A stretch of 64,000 nt of DNA from Deltaproteobacteria bacterium RBG_16_64_85 (lineage in GTDB: Bacteria; Desulfobacterota; Deferrimicrobia; Deferrimicrobiales; Deferrimicrobiaceae), in contig MGQW01000011.1 of the NCBI GenBank assembly GCA_001798885.1, positions 44,953-108,952 on the forward strand. Reading direction: 5' to 3'. Both the position numbers and the translations under genes were made by a program. Below the pieces are notes generated by a model, which ran no database searches, was not told where the DNA came from, and worked only from the letters and a program-made list of their open reading frames with translations. Below are positions 8,103-17,033 of this stretch, piece after piece; within the stretch, counting starts at the first letter, position 1; every line of letters begins with the position of its first letter.

Positions 8103-10358
8103 ATGAAAGGGATGCAATTGAAGAATAAGGAATACTGGGAGGAATGGCTCCGGCGGAACGCCGAAGCCCTTCGCGCCACGGTTTCCAACGTCCATGACTG
8201 GTACAGGCTTGCGGGTGTTTCCAAGGGGGAGCGCCGGCTGTTCCGGGGCGCGCTGAAAAGCGTGGGCGAAGGGTACGGCCGGCGGGGGAAGGGGAAGTTC
8301 CGGCGCAGCCCCGCGCCGGAAGACTCCGGGCGGCCTGAAACCCCGTACCGCGCCCCTTCCCGCCCGGGGGAAAAGGAGCACGCCGGGCCCGTCCGGGAGG
8401 GACGCCTGCGATTTACGCGCGAGGGGAGACCCCTCGTCATTCCCGATGCTCCCGACGAGCCGGCGATCCGCATCCCCGGTCATGCACTCTCGGGCGCCTG
8501 GCCCAAGGACCGTGTCCGTGTCCGGCTGGAGCGTCGAAGGGGCGGCGCCCCCCCCTACGGGCGGATCGTACAGGTCCTGGAGCGAGGGATCCGCGCCTTC
8601 GTGGGAAGGTACTCCCCGATCGGCGAGCGGGCGTTCATCCGGTTCAGGGACCGCGAGGCAGACCTTCACCTTCCCGTGACGATTCCCCATGCCTTGAAAC
8701 CTGGGCCGGGGGATCTGGTCCTCGCGGAAATCGACCGGTACCCGGGCAGAGGGGACGAGGGGCGGGCCCGGATCCTCCGTGTCCTCGGGAAGGACCACAC
8801 CATGGAGACGATCTTTCTCGCCGTCTCTTGTGCGCGGGACCTGCCCGTGGAGTTCTCGGACGGGGCGCTTCGGGGAGCGGAGGAGATCCCGCAGACGGTC
8901 CGGTTCCCCGGCGAGCGCCAGGGGGAAGGCGGGAGGTGGGACGGCCTCCAGCGGATCGACCAGCGGGCCCTTCCTTACGTTACCATCGACGGTGAAGATG
9001 CGCGCGACTTCGACGACGCCGTCTGTCTCGTGGAGGAGCGCGGGCGTACTCGTCTTCTCGTGGCCATCGCGGACGTCTCCCATTACGTAACGATCGGGTC
9101 GAAGATCGACCGTGACGCCTACGCGCGTGGCACCAGCGTCTATTTCCCGGATCGAGCCGTCCCGATGCTTCCCACCGCGCTCTCGGAGGGGGTTTGCAGC
9201 CTGAAACCGGGGGTCAACCGCTTCACGATGACCGTGGAGATACCTCTCGATCCGCAGTGCCGTCCCGGCCGGGCTTCCTTCTATCCCTCCGTCATCCGGA
9301 GCCGCGCAAGGCTAACCTACGAAGAGGTCCACGCATTTTTCGGCGGTTCTTCGCCACGCCTCGGGAGGGGGAAGATCTCCCCGGACGTCGGGGAGATGCT
9401 TCGGCGGATGGAGATCGCGGCCGGCCGGCTGACCCTCGCCCGCATGGACCGCGGGGCGCTCGACTTCGACCTTCCCGAGGCAAAGGTCGTGGTGGACGGC
9501 GGCCTTCCCGTGAAGGTGGAGGCGGTCCCCCGCCGGGAGTCCCACCGGCTCATCGAAGAGTTCATGCTGGTTGCGAACGCCGCAGTGGCGGAGTTCCTCT
9601 CGGAGAAGGGACTCACGTTCCTGTCCCGAATCCACGAGCCTCCGACCGAAGATCGGATGGAAGAGTTCGAGGAGACCGCCGCACGGTTGCTTCGGCGGGT
9701 GAAGGCCGTCGAACGTCGCGACGTCTCTTCCCGTCTGCAGGGCTGGGCAGAGGCTGCCCGCGGGGGAAAATACGAGAAAACCATCAACCTTTTGATGCTG
9801 CGCAGCTTGATGCTGGCGCGATACGACCCCGAGCAGCTGGGTCATTTCGGGCTGGCGCTGTCCCGGTATACGCATTTTACCTCTCCCATCCGCCGGTACC
9901 CCGACCTGATCGTCCACCGGGTGCTCAGGGCCGCGCTGGGAGAGAAGAGCCTGTCTGCCTACGCCGCGGCGCTCAAGGAAAAGGGGGACGAGATCGGCCG
10001 GCACATGAGCGCCCGGGAGCGGGCAGCAATGGACGCGGAGCGCGATGTCGAGCAACGCGCCAAGGCGCTCTATCTTTCGACGAGGGTGGGGGAAACCTTC
10101 ACCGGAGTGATCTCCTCCATCCTGGCCTTCGGGTTCTTCGTCGAACTCGTCGAATGCTATGCGGAGGGATTCATCCATATCTCCACGCTTCGGGATGACG
10201 ATTACCGGTATTCCGGGGATCGCGGGGAGTGGGTTGGCGCTCTCCGGAAAACCCGGTTTTCCCTTGGGGACCGGCTCCGGGTGAGGGTCCGGCGCGCCGA
10301 CGTGGACCGAGGCGAAATCGACCTTGTTTTCATTGAAAAACTGCCGGATTCCTCCTAG
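8103..10358 (+). CDS. rnr: Ribonuclease R (RNB family 3'-5' exoribonuclease with C-terminal S1 domain)
   Basis: RNB signature '…HFGLALSRYTHFTSPIRRYPDLIVHRVL', a cold-shock/OB N-terminal region, and a C-terminal S1 domain. 751 aa. Confidence 0.9.
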   Translation: MKGMQLKNKEYWEEWLRRNAEALRATVSNVHDWYRLAGVSKGERRLFRGALKSVGEGYGRRGKGKFRRSPAPEDSGRPETPYRAPSRPGEKEHAGPVREGRLRFTREGRPLVIPDAPDEPAIRIPGHALSGAWPKDRVRVRLERRRGGAPPYGRIVQVLERGIRAFVGRYSPIGERAFIRFRDREADLHLPVTIPHALKPGPGDLVLAEIDRYPGRGDEGRARILRVLGKDHTMETIFLAVSCARDLPVEFSDGALRGAEEIPQTVRFPGERQGEGGRWDGLQRIDQRALPYVTIDGEDARDFDDAVCLVEERGRTRLLVAIADVSHYVTIGSKIDRDAYARGTSVYFPDRAVPMLPTALSEGVCSLKPGVNRFTMTVEIPLDPQCRPGRASFYPSVIRSRARLTYEEVHAFFGGSSPRLGRGKISPDVGEMLRRMEIAAGRLTLARMDRGALDFDLPEAKVVVDGGLPVKVEAVPRRESHRLIEEFMLVANAAVAEFLSEKGLTFLSRIHEPPTEDRMEEFEETAARLLRRVKAVERRDVSSRLQGWAEAARGGKYEKTINLLMLRSLMLARYDPEQLGHFGLALSRYTHFTSPIRRYPDLIVHRVLRAALGEKSLSAYAAALKEKGDEIGRHMSARERAAMDAERDVEQRAKALYLSTRVGETFTGVISSILAFGFFVELVECYAEGFIHISTLRDDDYRYSGDRGEWVGALRKTRFSLGDRLRVRVRRADVDRGEIDLVFIEKLPDSS

Positions 10359-10382
10359 AATGGTGGGCAATTCGGAGGGCCC

Positions 10383-11480
10383 ATGGGGAAAAGGATACTT
10401 CTTGCCGAAGACAGCCTGACGATCCGGAAGGTGTTCGAGCTGACCTTTGCGCAATCGGACATCTCCCTGACGACGATCGACAACGGCAACGACGCCGTCC
10501 GGCTCGCGGAGGAGACCGCTCCCGATCTCGTTGTGGTCGACGTGACCCTGCCCGGCAAGGACGGATTTCGGGTGGCGCAGGAGCTAAGGGCTTCCGAAAA
10601 AACCAGGGCGTGCCCCGTCCTCATCCTTTGCGGGATGCTCTCTCCCTTCGACGAGGGGAGGTACAAAGAGAGCGGCGCAGGGGGGGTTCTCTTCAAGCCG
10701 TTCGAATCCCGGGAACTGATCGACAAGGTGCAGGAACTTTTTAGGAGCACGGAAGAGACCGCCCGGAAGGAAAAGGGGGAGGCCGCTCCTGCTGCCGAGG
10801 AACCATGGGACTTCAGCGACGTCCTGGAGGAGGTGGAACAGGTGAGCGGGAAGGAGGTCTCGACTGCCGCGGCGAAGCAGGGCGAGGATCTCCTGCCTGG
10901 CGTCTCCGTGACGGCGGGGAAGACGGAAGGAGGCCTGTCCCTGGGGGAATTCGACGTCTCCCTGGAAGAGCTCGAGGAAACTCCAAAAGAACCCCCCCAG
11001 GAGGCCTTCCTGGAAGCTCCCCCGGAGCCGGCGCCGACGGTTGCGCACATCGAGGGGGAACCATTCACCGACGCCCCGGGGGCCGTGACCGACCTGTCTC
11101 AGGCGATCGAGTCGGTCGAGGAACTAGAGGAACTCGAGGACCTGGAGGAGGTGGAGCAGTTGCAGAAGGAATCCGAGCGCCCCATCACGTCAGAAGTTGT
11201 CGCATCCCCCATCGGTCCCTCCGCAGCGGCCGGAATGGAGAGCGCGTTGCGGGAGCAGTTCTCCGCCCGTGCGCAGGAAATCTTTGAAAAAGTGGCTGCG
11301 GAAACCGTGGAAAAGGTCCTTTGGGAACAGATGGACCGCATCGTGGCGGAATTTTCCGCGAAGATCCGGGAGTCCGTCGAGGCGGTGGCGTGGGAAGTCA
11401 TTCCCTCGACCGCGGAGATGCTGATCCGCGAGGAGATCTCCCGGATCCGCGAGCAGACCGAAAAAAAACCCCCCGGATGA
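10383..11480 (+). CDS. Orphan response regulator: CheY-like receiver + long acidic/Pro-rich linker + helical C-terminal domain, with no DNA-binding domain
   Basis: Receiver motifs 'LLAEDS', 'DLVVVDVTLPGKDG', 'KP'. An acidic stretch 'EELEELEDLEEVEQ'. The stop overlaps the valS start (ATGA). Confidence 0.8.
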   Translation: MGKRILLAEDSLTIRKVFELTFAQSDISLTTIDNGNDAVRLAEETAPDLVVVDVTLPGKDGFRVAQELRASEKTRACPVLILCGMLSPFDEGRYKESGAGGVLFKPFESRELIDKVQELFRSTEETARKEKGEAAPAAEEPWDFSDVLEEVEQVSGKEVSTAAAKQGEDLLPGVSVTAGKTEGGLSLGEFDVSLEELEETPKEPPQEAFLEAPPEPAPTVAHIEGEPFTDAPGAVTDLSQAIESVEELEELEDLEEVEQLQKESERPITSEVVASPIGPSAAAGMESALREQFSARAQEIFEKVAAETVEKVLWEQMDRIVAEFSAKIRESVEAVAWEVIPSTAEMLIREEISRIREQTEKKPPG

Positions 11481-14125
11481 CAGGTCAGGAACCGGATAAG
11501 GCCTACGACCCGAAAGGGATCGAGGAGAAGTGGTACGCCTACTGGTTGAACAGGAGGTTATTCCACGCCGACCCGGCCCGTCCGGGTGAATCGTATTCGA
11601 TCGTCATTCCCCCGCCCAACATCACCGGTTCCCTGCACATGGGACACGCGCTGAACGTCACGCTCCAGGACGTGCTCATCCGCTATCATCTCATGCTGGG
11701 TCACAACGCCCTCTGGCTGCCGGGAACCGACCATGCCGGGATCGCCACGCAGAACGTGGTCGAGCAGTTGCTTGCCAAGGAGGGAATCCTCCGCCAGGAC
11801 CTGGGGCGGGGGAAGTTCGTCGAACGGGTTTGGAAGTGGAAGGAGGAGAGTGGCGGCGTCATCCTGCGGCAGTTGAAGCGCCTGGGTGCATCCTGCGACT
11901 GGGAGCGGGAGCGGTTTACGATGGACGAAAGACTCTCCCGCGCCGTCCGGGAGGCCTTCGTCCGGTTGTACCGGAAGGGGCTGATCTACCGCGGACGCTA
12001 CATCATCAACTGGTGCCCCCGCTGCCTCACGGCCCTCTCCGACATCGAGGTGAGCTACGAGGAGACCCGCGGGGCCCTTTACTACATCCGCTATCCGGAG
12101 CTGTCCGGCCGCCGCAGCGTGGTCGTGGCGACGACCCGTCCCGAAACGATGCTGGGCGACACCGCCGTTGCCGTGAACCCCGCGGATGAGCGGTTTGCCG
12201 GCCGCGTCGGGGCGACGCTGCGTCTTCCGCTCATGAACCGGCCCATCCCCCTCATTTCCGACAAAATGGTCGACCGGGAGTTCGGGACCGGGGCGGTGAA
12301 GATCACTCCCGCTCACGACCCGAACGATTTCGAGGTGGCCAGGCGCCACGAGCTCCCTTCCGTGCGGGTCATCGACGAGTCCGGGAGGATGACGGACGAG
12401 GCGGGGGCCTTCGCCGGGATGGATCGGCTTGCCTGCCGCGAAGCCGTCGTGGAAAAGCTCAAGGCGGAAGATCTCCTGGTGAAGGAGGAGCCGTACCTCC
12501 ACAACGTCGGCCACTGCTACCGGTGCCGGACGGTCGTCGAGCCCGCGGAGAGCATCCAGTGGTTCGTCCGTGCGAAGCCCCTGGCGGAGCCGGCGATCCG
12601 CGCCGTGAGGGCCGGAGAGACCCGCATCATCCCCCCCCAGTGGGAGAAGACCTATTTCGACTGGATGGAGAACATACGCGACTGGTGCATCTCGCGGCAG
12701 ATCTGGTGGGGACACCGGATCCCCGCGGTTCACTGCGCCGACTGCGGCCATACGACGGTCGAGGTGGAGACGCCGGACCGCTGCGTCTCCTGCGGCTCCC
12801 GGAGCCTCCGGCAGGAGGAAGACGTCCTCGACACGTGGTTCTCGTCGGCTTTGTGGCCGTTCTCGACGCTGGGATGGCCGGAAGCGACCCCCGACCTCGC
12901 GCGGTACTATCCGACTTCCGCCCTCGTGACCGGGTTCGACATCCTCTTCTTCTGGGTCGCGCGAATGATGATGATGGGGATCGCGTTCACCGGGAAGGCC
13001 CCCTTCCGCGACGTCGTGATCCATGCCCTCGTTCGGGACGCGAGGGGGGAGAAGATGAGCAAGACCCGGGGAAACGTCATCGACCCGCTCGAGGTGATGG
13101 ACCGATACGGGACCGACGCCTTCCGCTTCACGCTGGTGGCGCTGGCGGCGCAGGGGCGCGACATCCGGATGTCCGACGACCGTGTGGAAGGATACCGCAA
13201 CTTCATGAACAAGATCTTCCAGGCCGGCCGTTTCGTGCGGATGCACGTCGACGGGGAGACACCGAGGGAACTGCCGGAGGGTCTTCCCGTTGTGGATCGA
13301 TGGATCCTCTCCCGCCTCCAGCGCGTGATCGACGAGATCCGGCGGGGGATCGAGGAGTACCGTTTCAACGACGCGGGCTCGGCGTTCTACCAGTTCACGT
13401 GGCACGAGTTCTGCGACTGGTACGTCGAGATGATCAAGCCGTCCCTTTCCCAGGAGGCCGACCCGCTCGCCCGGCGGAACCAGCGCTCGGTCCTTCTCCG
13501 GGTGTTCGAGACGATCCTCGCCCTTGGGCAGCCGTTCATCCCGTTCCTCACGGAGGAGATCTGGCAGTCGCTGCCCGGGAAGCGGGACAGCATCCTCCGG
13601 CAAGGCTACCCCGCCGTCGACACGGAGAAAACCGACGTCGACGTCGAGGAGAACATGGGGCATCTCATGGAGGTGATCCGGGCGGTGCGCAATATCCGCA
13701 GCGAGCTGAACGTCTCCCCCGCGAGGAAGGTGGAGGTCCGGCTCAAAGGCCAGGTGGAAGAGCTCGCGTTCCTGAGGGAACACGAGGAGATCCTGCGACG
13801 CCTGGCACGCGCGGAAACGGTGACGTACAAGGATGCCGACTACATCCCCGTTCAGGACGCGACTGCGGTCGTGAACGACATCGAGGTCTGCCTCCCCCTG
13901 GCGGGGCTCATCGATTTCGACCAGGAGGCCAGGCGTCTGCGCAAGGAGATCGACCGGGCAGGTGCCGAGCATTCCGTCGTCACGGGGAAGCTTGCCAACG
14001 AGAAGTTCGTGGCGAACGCGCCCGCGGATATCGTCGAAGCCCATCGCACGCGGAAGGACGACCTCGAGGAGAAGCTTTCCAAGCTGTCCCAGAACCTGGA
14101 ACTGGTGACCCGGTACCTTTCGTGA
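11477..14125 (+). CDS. valS: Valine--tRNA ligase
   Basis: HIGH motif 'PPNITGSLHMGHAL', KMSKS motif 'KMSKTRGN', and a C-terminal coiled coil. 882 aa. Confidence 0.95.
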   Translation: MTGQEPDKAYDPKGIEEKWYAYWLNRRLFHADPARPGESYSIVIPPPNITGSLHMGHALNVTLQDVLIRYHLMLGHNALWLPGTDHAGIATQNVVEQLLAKEGILRQDLGRGKFVERVWKWKEESGGVILRQLKRLGASCDWERERFTMDERLSRAVREAFVRLYRKGLIYRGRYIINWCPRCLTALSDIEVSYEETRGALYYIRYPELSGRRSVVVATTRPETMLGDTAVAVNPADERFAGRVGATLRLPLMNRPIPLISDKMVDREFGTGAVKITPAHDPNDFEVARRHELPSVRVIDESGRMTDEAGAFAGMDRLACREAVVEKLKAEDLLVKEEPYLHNVGHCYRCRTVVEPAESIQWFVRAKPLAEPAIRAVRAGETRIIPPQWEKTYFDWMENIRDWCISRQIWWGHRIPAVHCADCGHTTVEVETPDRCVSCGSRSLRQEEDVLDTWFSSALWPFSTLGWPEATPDLARYYPTSALVTGFDILFFWVARMMMMGIAFTGKAPFRDVVIHALVRDARGEKMSKTRGNVIDPLEVMDRYGTDAFRFTLVALAAQGRDIRMSDDRVEGYRNFMNKIFQAGRFVRMHVDGETPRELPEGLPVVDRWILSRLQRVIDEIRRGIEEYRFNDAGSAFYQFTWHEFCDWYVEMIKPSLSQEADPLARRNQRSVLLRVFETILALGQPFIPFLTEEIWQSLPGKRDSILRQGYPAVDTEKTDVDVEENMGHLMEVIRAVRNIRSELNVSPARKVEVRLKGQVEELAFLREHEEILRRLARAETVTYKDADYIPVQDATAVVNDIEVCLPLAGLIDFDQEARRLRKEIDRAGAEHSVVTGKLANEKFVANAPADIVEAHRTRKDDLEEKLSKLSQNLELVTRYLS

Positions 14126-14946
14126 CCCACCGCCTCGAATTCGAAGAATTGGTCCGTGCGGCGCTGCACGAGGACGCGCCCTTCGGAGATCCCTTCGGCG
14201 CTGCTTTTCAGGGGCCTGGCCGCGGGATTTTTCTCGCGGGAGCGCCGGGTCTTTTTTGTGGCGGCCCCGTGGCTGCGGAGGTCTTCCGCCAGATCGACCC
14301 GAAGGTTTCGGTGACGTTTGCGGAGGAGGGACGTGGCCTATCGGCAGGGGAGCGGGCGGGCGAGGCCAGCGGCCCCGTAAGTTCCCTGCTTCGTGGCGAG
14401 CGGGTGGCGCTGAACTTTCTGCAGCGGCTCTCCGGCATCGCCTCCGTGACGGCGAGGTTCGTGGAAAAGGTGGCCCCTTACGGCACCCGCATTCTGGACA
14501 CCCGAAAGACCACCCCCCTGCATCGGGCGCTGGAGAAATACGCCGTGCGGGTGGGCGGCGGCGCCAACCATCGCTTCTCCCTCTCCGACGGCATCCTGAT
14601 CAAGGAGAACGGCATCCGCGCGGCGGGGGGGATCCCCGAGGCAGTGGCTGCCGCGCGGCGGGTTGCCCCTCCCCTGATCCGCGTGGAGGTCGAGGTGGAA
14701 AATCTGGACGACGCCGAGACGGCGGTGGGGGAGGGAGTCGACGCGATCCTCCTCGACAACATGTCCCCCGAGGCGGTCCGCGAGGCGGTACGACGCTTCG
14801 GCGGCAGCGTTTTCCTCGAGGCCTCCGGTGGGATCCATCTCGGCAACGTCGAGGAATACGCGCGGACCGGCATCGCCGCGATTTCGATCGGCGCGTTGAC
14901 GCATTCCGCGCCGGCGCTGGACCTTTCCTTCGAGCTGTTGCGGTGA
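14122..14946 (+). CDS. nadC: Nicotinate-nucleotide diphosphorylase (quinolinate phosphoribosyltransferase)
   Basis: Typical NadC sequence '…[40 protein letters not shown]…'. GTG start overlapping the valS stop (GTGA). Confidence 0.88.
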   Translation: [274 protein letters not shown]

Positions 14947-15572
14947 TGCGGACGATCCTTCTGGTTTGCATTCTCCTGACGCTCTCCGTCACGTGCGCGG
15001 CCGACCCCGAAGGATACCGGAGGATCGAGTCCGTGGCGGCTTCGGTCAACGGCGAGGTCCTCTTCCTGTCGGACGTTATACGAGAAGCCTGCTTTTACCG
15101 ATGCGGGACGGTTCCGGGGCAGGCGCCGCAGGAGATGTCGCTTTCCCGCGCCAGGGAAATGCTCATCGCCGACACGCTGGTCCTCCAGGAGGCGAAGAAG
15201 CTGGGCCTGGGCGCGGTGGACAACGAGGCGCTCGCATCCTCGACGGCGGAAGCGCTTTCCAGGACGGGAAAATGCACGTCCCCCTGCGCGGCGTCCCTCA
15301 CGGAGACGGAGGTGAGGGAGCTCCTTTCGCGCAGGCTGCTGGTGCGGGATTTTCTGGAACGGCGCATCGCGATCTTCATCGAGGTCAACGACGGGGAGGT
15401 GCGGCGCGAGACCGCGCAGCGCTCCCGCGCGGGCTTGCCCCCGGAGGAGCTCTCCGAGGAGAAGGTCCGGAAAAGCCTTTCCGAGGAAAAAGCGGCGGCC
15501 GAGATCCGAAACTGGTTCGCCCGGTCGACATCCAAATCCAGGATCGTGCTCTCCCCTTTGCCGGAGCCATGA
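14946..15572 (+). CDS. Periplasmic SurA N-terminal-domain-like chaperone protein (no PPIase domain)
   Basis: Signal peptide 'MRTILLVCILLTLSVTCA', then 'SVNGEVLFLSDV…' resembling the SurA N-terminal domain. ATGA overlap with nadC. Confidence 0.45.
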   Translation: MRTILLVCILLTLSVTCAADPEGYRRIESVAASVNGEVLFLSDVIREACFYRCGTVPGQAPQEMSLSRAREMLIADTLVLQEAKKLGLGAVDNEALASSTAEALSRTGKCTSPCAASLTETEVRELLSRRLLVRDFLERRIAIFIEVNDGEVRRETAQRSRAGLPPEELSEEKVRKSLSEEKAAAEIRNWFARSTSKSRIVLSPLPEP

Positions 15573-15952
15573 AGATGGAGGTATACACCCTGACCATCCG
15601 CTCCTCGTTCTCCGCGGCCCACCGCCTGCGGGAATATGGAGGGAACTGCGAGCGGCTGCACGGCCACAACTGGCAGGTGGAAGTGACCGTCGAGTCGGAG
15701 AGCCTGGACGAGCAGGGGATGGCGATGGATTTCCGGGAGATGAAGGAAAGACTCCACGACATCCTTTCGGGGATGGACCACAGGTACCTGAACGAGATCC
15801 CGCCGTTCGACGTGCAGAACCCGTCGTCCGAGAACCTCGCACGCTACATTTTCGGCGAAATGGAAGGGAAGATCCCCGCGCCGGCGCGCCTTCGCCGGGT
15901 CACCGTCGGGGAGTCCGACGACGCCCGGGCTTCGTTCACCCGCCGCGCCTGA
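15569..15952 (+). CDS. queD: 6-carboxy-5,6,7,8-tetrahydropterin synthase (QueD / 6-pyruvoyl-tetrahydropterin synthase family)
   Basis: QueD signature 'CERLHGHNW' (CxxxHGH). 127 aa. ATGA overlap with the upstream gene. Confidence 0.85.
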   Translation: MKMEVYTLTIRSSFSAAHRLREYGGNCERLHGHNWQVEVTVESESLDEQGMAMDFREMKERLHDILSGMDHRYLNEIPPFDVQNPSSENLARYIFGEMEGKIPAPARLRRVTVGESDDARASFTRRA

Positions 15953-15959
15953 AGCGACG

Positions 15960-16190
15960 TCACGGCTTCAGCGATTCATTCAACCGTTTCAGAAATTCTT
16001 CGAGGTTGATTCCGTGGACCTTGGCGCCGTGTTCGAGGTTCTCGAACTCGGAGAGCTGACACCCGGCGCAGTCGATCCCGAAACGCTCGAAGACCGGGAT
16101 CGTCCGGGGGAATTTCCGAACGACGTCCTCGATCTTCATGTCCTTGTGGATCATGGCGGCCCTCCCGGCGGGATGGACCCATTTTATCAC
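15960..16190 (-). CDS. DUF1858-like small redox-associated protein
   Basis: 76 aa. The Cys pair 'DCAGCQLSE' and overall sequence resemble DUF1858 proteins associated with hybrid-cluster/disulfide oxidoreductases. Confidence 0.5.
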   Translation of the reverse strand: MIKWVHPAGRAAMIHKDMKIEDVVRKFPRTIPVFERFGIDCAGCQLSEFENLEHGAKVHGINLEEFLKRLNESLKP

Positions 16191-16199
16191 GGCGGCCGG

Positions 16200-17033
16200 T
16201 CAGGGAAGTTCGAGGAATCGGAGGGGGGGCTCCGAGGGGATCCGCCCGATCTTCTTCGCAAGACGGTAGAACTTCACGAGTCCCTGCTTCTCCTCCTTCA
16301 GGTCGTAGGAGAGATTTCTCCAGTAGGCCGTGCGCATTTCCTTCGGCATCCAGTCCGGGCCGATCAGGAGATGTTCGGGGCGGGTCAGGGATTCCCGGGC
16401 GATCCGCTTGGCGGTGAGCAGCGTCCGCGCGAATCCGAGAAGGGCCTCCCGTCGCCTGGAAAGCGCCTCGCGGGAGACGATCCAGAGGGCGAAGACGAAC
16501 GGCGTCCCCGTTTCGCGTCGCCACCATTCACCCAGGTCGGTCACATGCTTTGCGGTTCCGGAGATCCTTGCCTGCAGCGCTTCGTCCCCGATGGCGAGGT
16601 AGGCGGGGTAATGGCGCAACGCCTTCCCCGGCGGGAACTCCGTCCGGACGAGGCGGTTCCGTTTCCCCAGGGATTCCCGAAGCAGGATCTCCAGAAGAAC
16701 GACCGAGGTGTCCGACGCACGTGTGACGGCGATGGGGCCGTCCGGGATCCTCGAAAGCGGGTCGTTCGAGAGGAGGAGCACGCTCATCACCTTCGAGCGG
16801 GAGGCGATCGAGATGTCCGGGCAGAGGAGGTACCGGTCCGGATGCTTCGCATACTCGATCGAGGAGGAAGGGGAGATGTCCAGTAGCCCCGAGCGCAGTT
16901 TCCGGTTGAGCTCCGACGGGGTTCCGGAGACGAAACGGACGTCCTCGAGCGAGAAGTGGGTGGTGAGGGCGTGGAAGATCGGGACCAGGTTCGCGTAGGG
17001 GATGCGCCCTACGCGCAGCGACGGGTTCGTCAT
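16200..17033 (-). CDS. mqnA: Chorismate dehydratase MqnA (futalosine pathway of menaquinone biosynthesis)
   Basis: 'LRVGRIPYANLVPIF' and the periplasmic-binding-protein-like fold are typical of MqnA. The likely start is the internal Met (MTNPSL…) overlapping the upstream permease stop (ATGA). Confidence 0.7.
   Translation of the reverse strand: MTNPSLRVGRIPYANLVPIFHALTTHFSLEDVRFVSGTPSELNRKLRSGLLDISPSSSIEYAKHPDRYLLCPDISIASRSKVMSVLLLSNDPLSRIPDGPIAVTRASDTSVVLLEILLRESLGKRNRLVRTEFPPGKALRHYPAYLAIGDEALQARISGTAKHVTDLGEWWRRETGTPFVFALWIVSREALSRRREALLGFARTLLTAKRIARESLTRPEHLLIGPDWMPKEMRTAYWRNLSYDLKEEKQGLVKFYRLAKKIGRIPSEPPLRFLELP

Noticed and set aside
12523-15572. 807-aa and 438-aa + strand ORFs spanning valS/nadC and nadC/SurA-like/queD
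   Set aside because: They are out-of-frame read-throughs whose only meaningful parts are their 3' portions, which are in frame with nadC and the SurA-like gene. The real genes start at the GTG/ATG that overlap the upstream stops.
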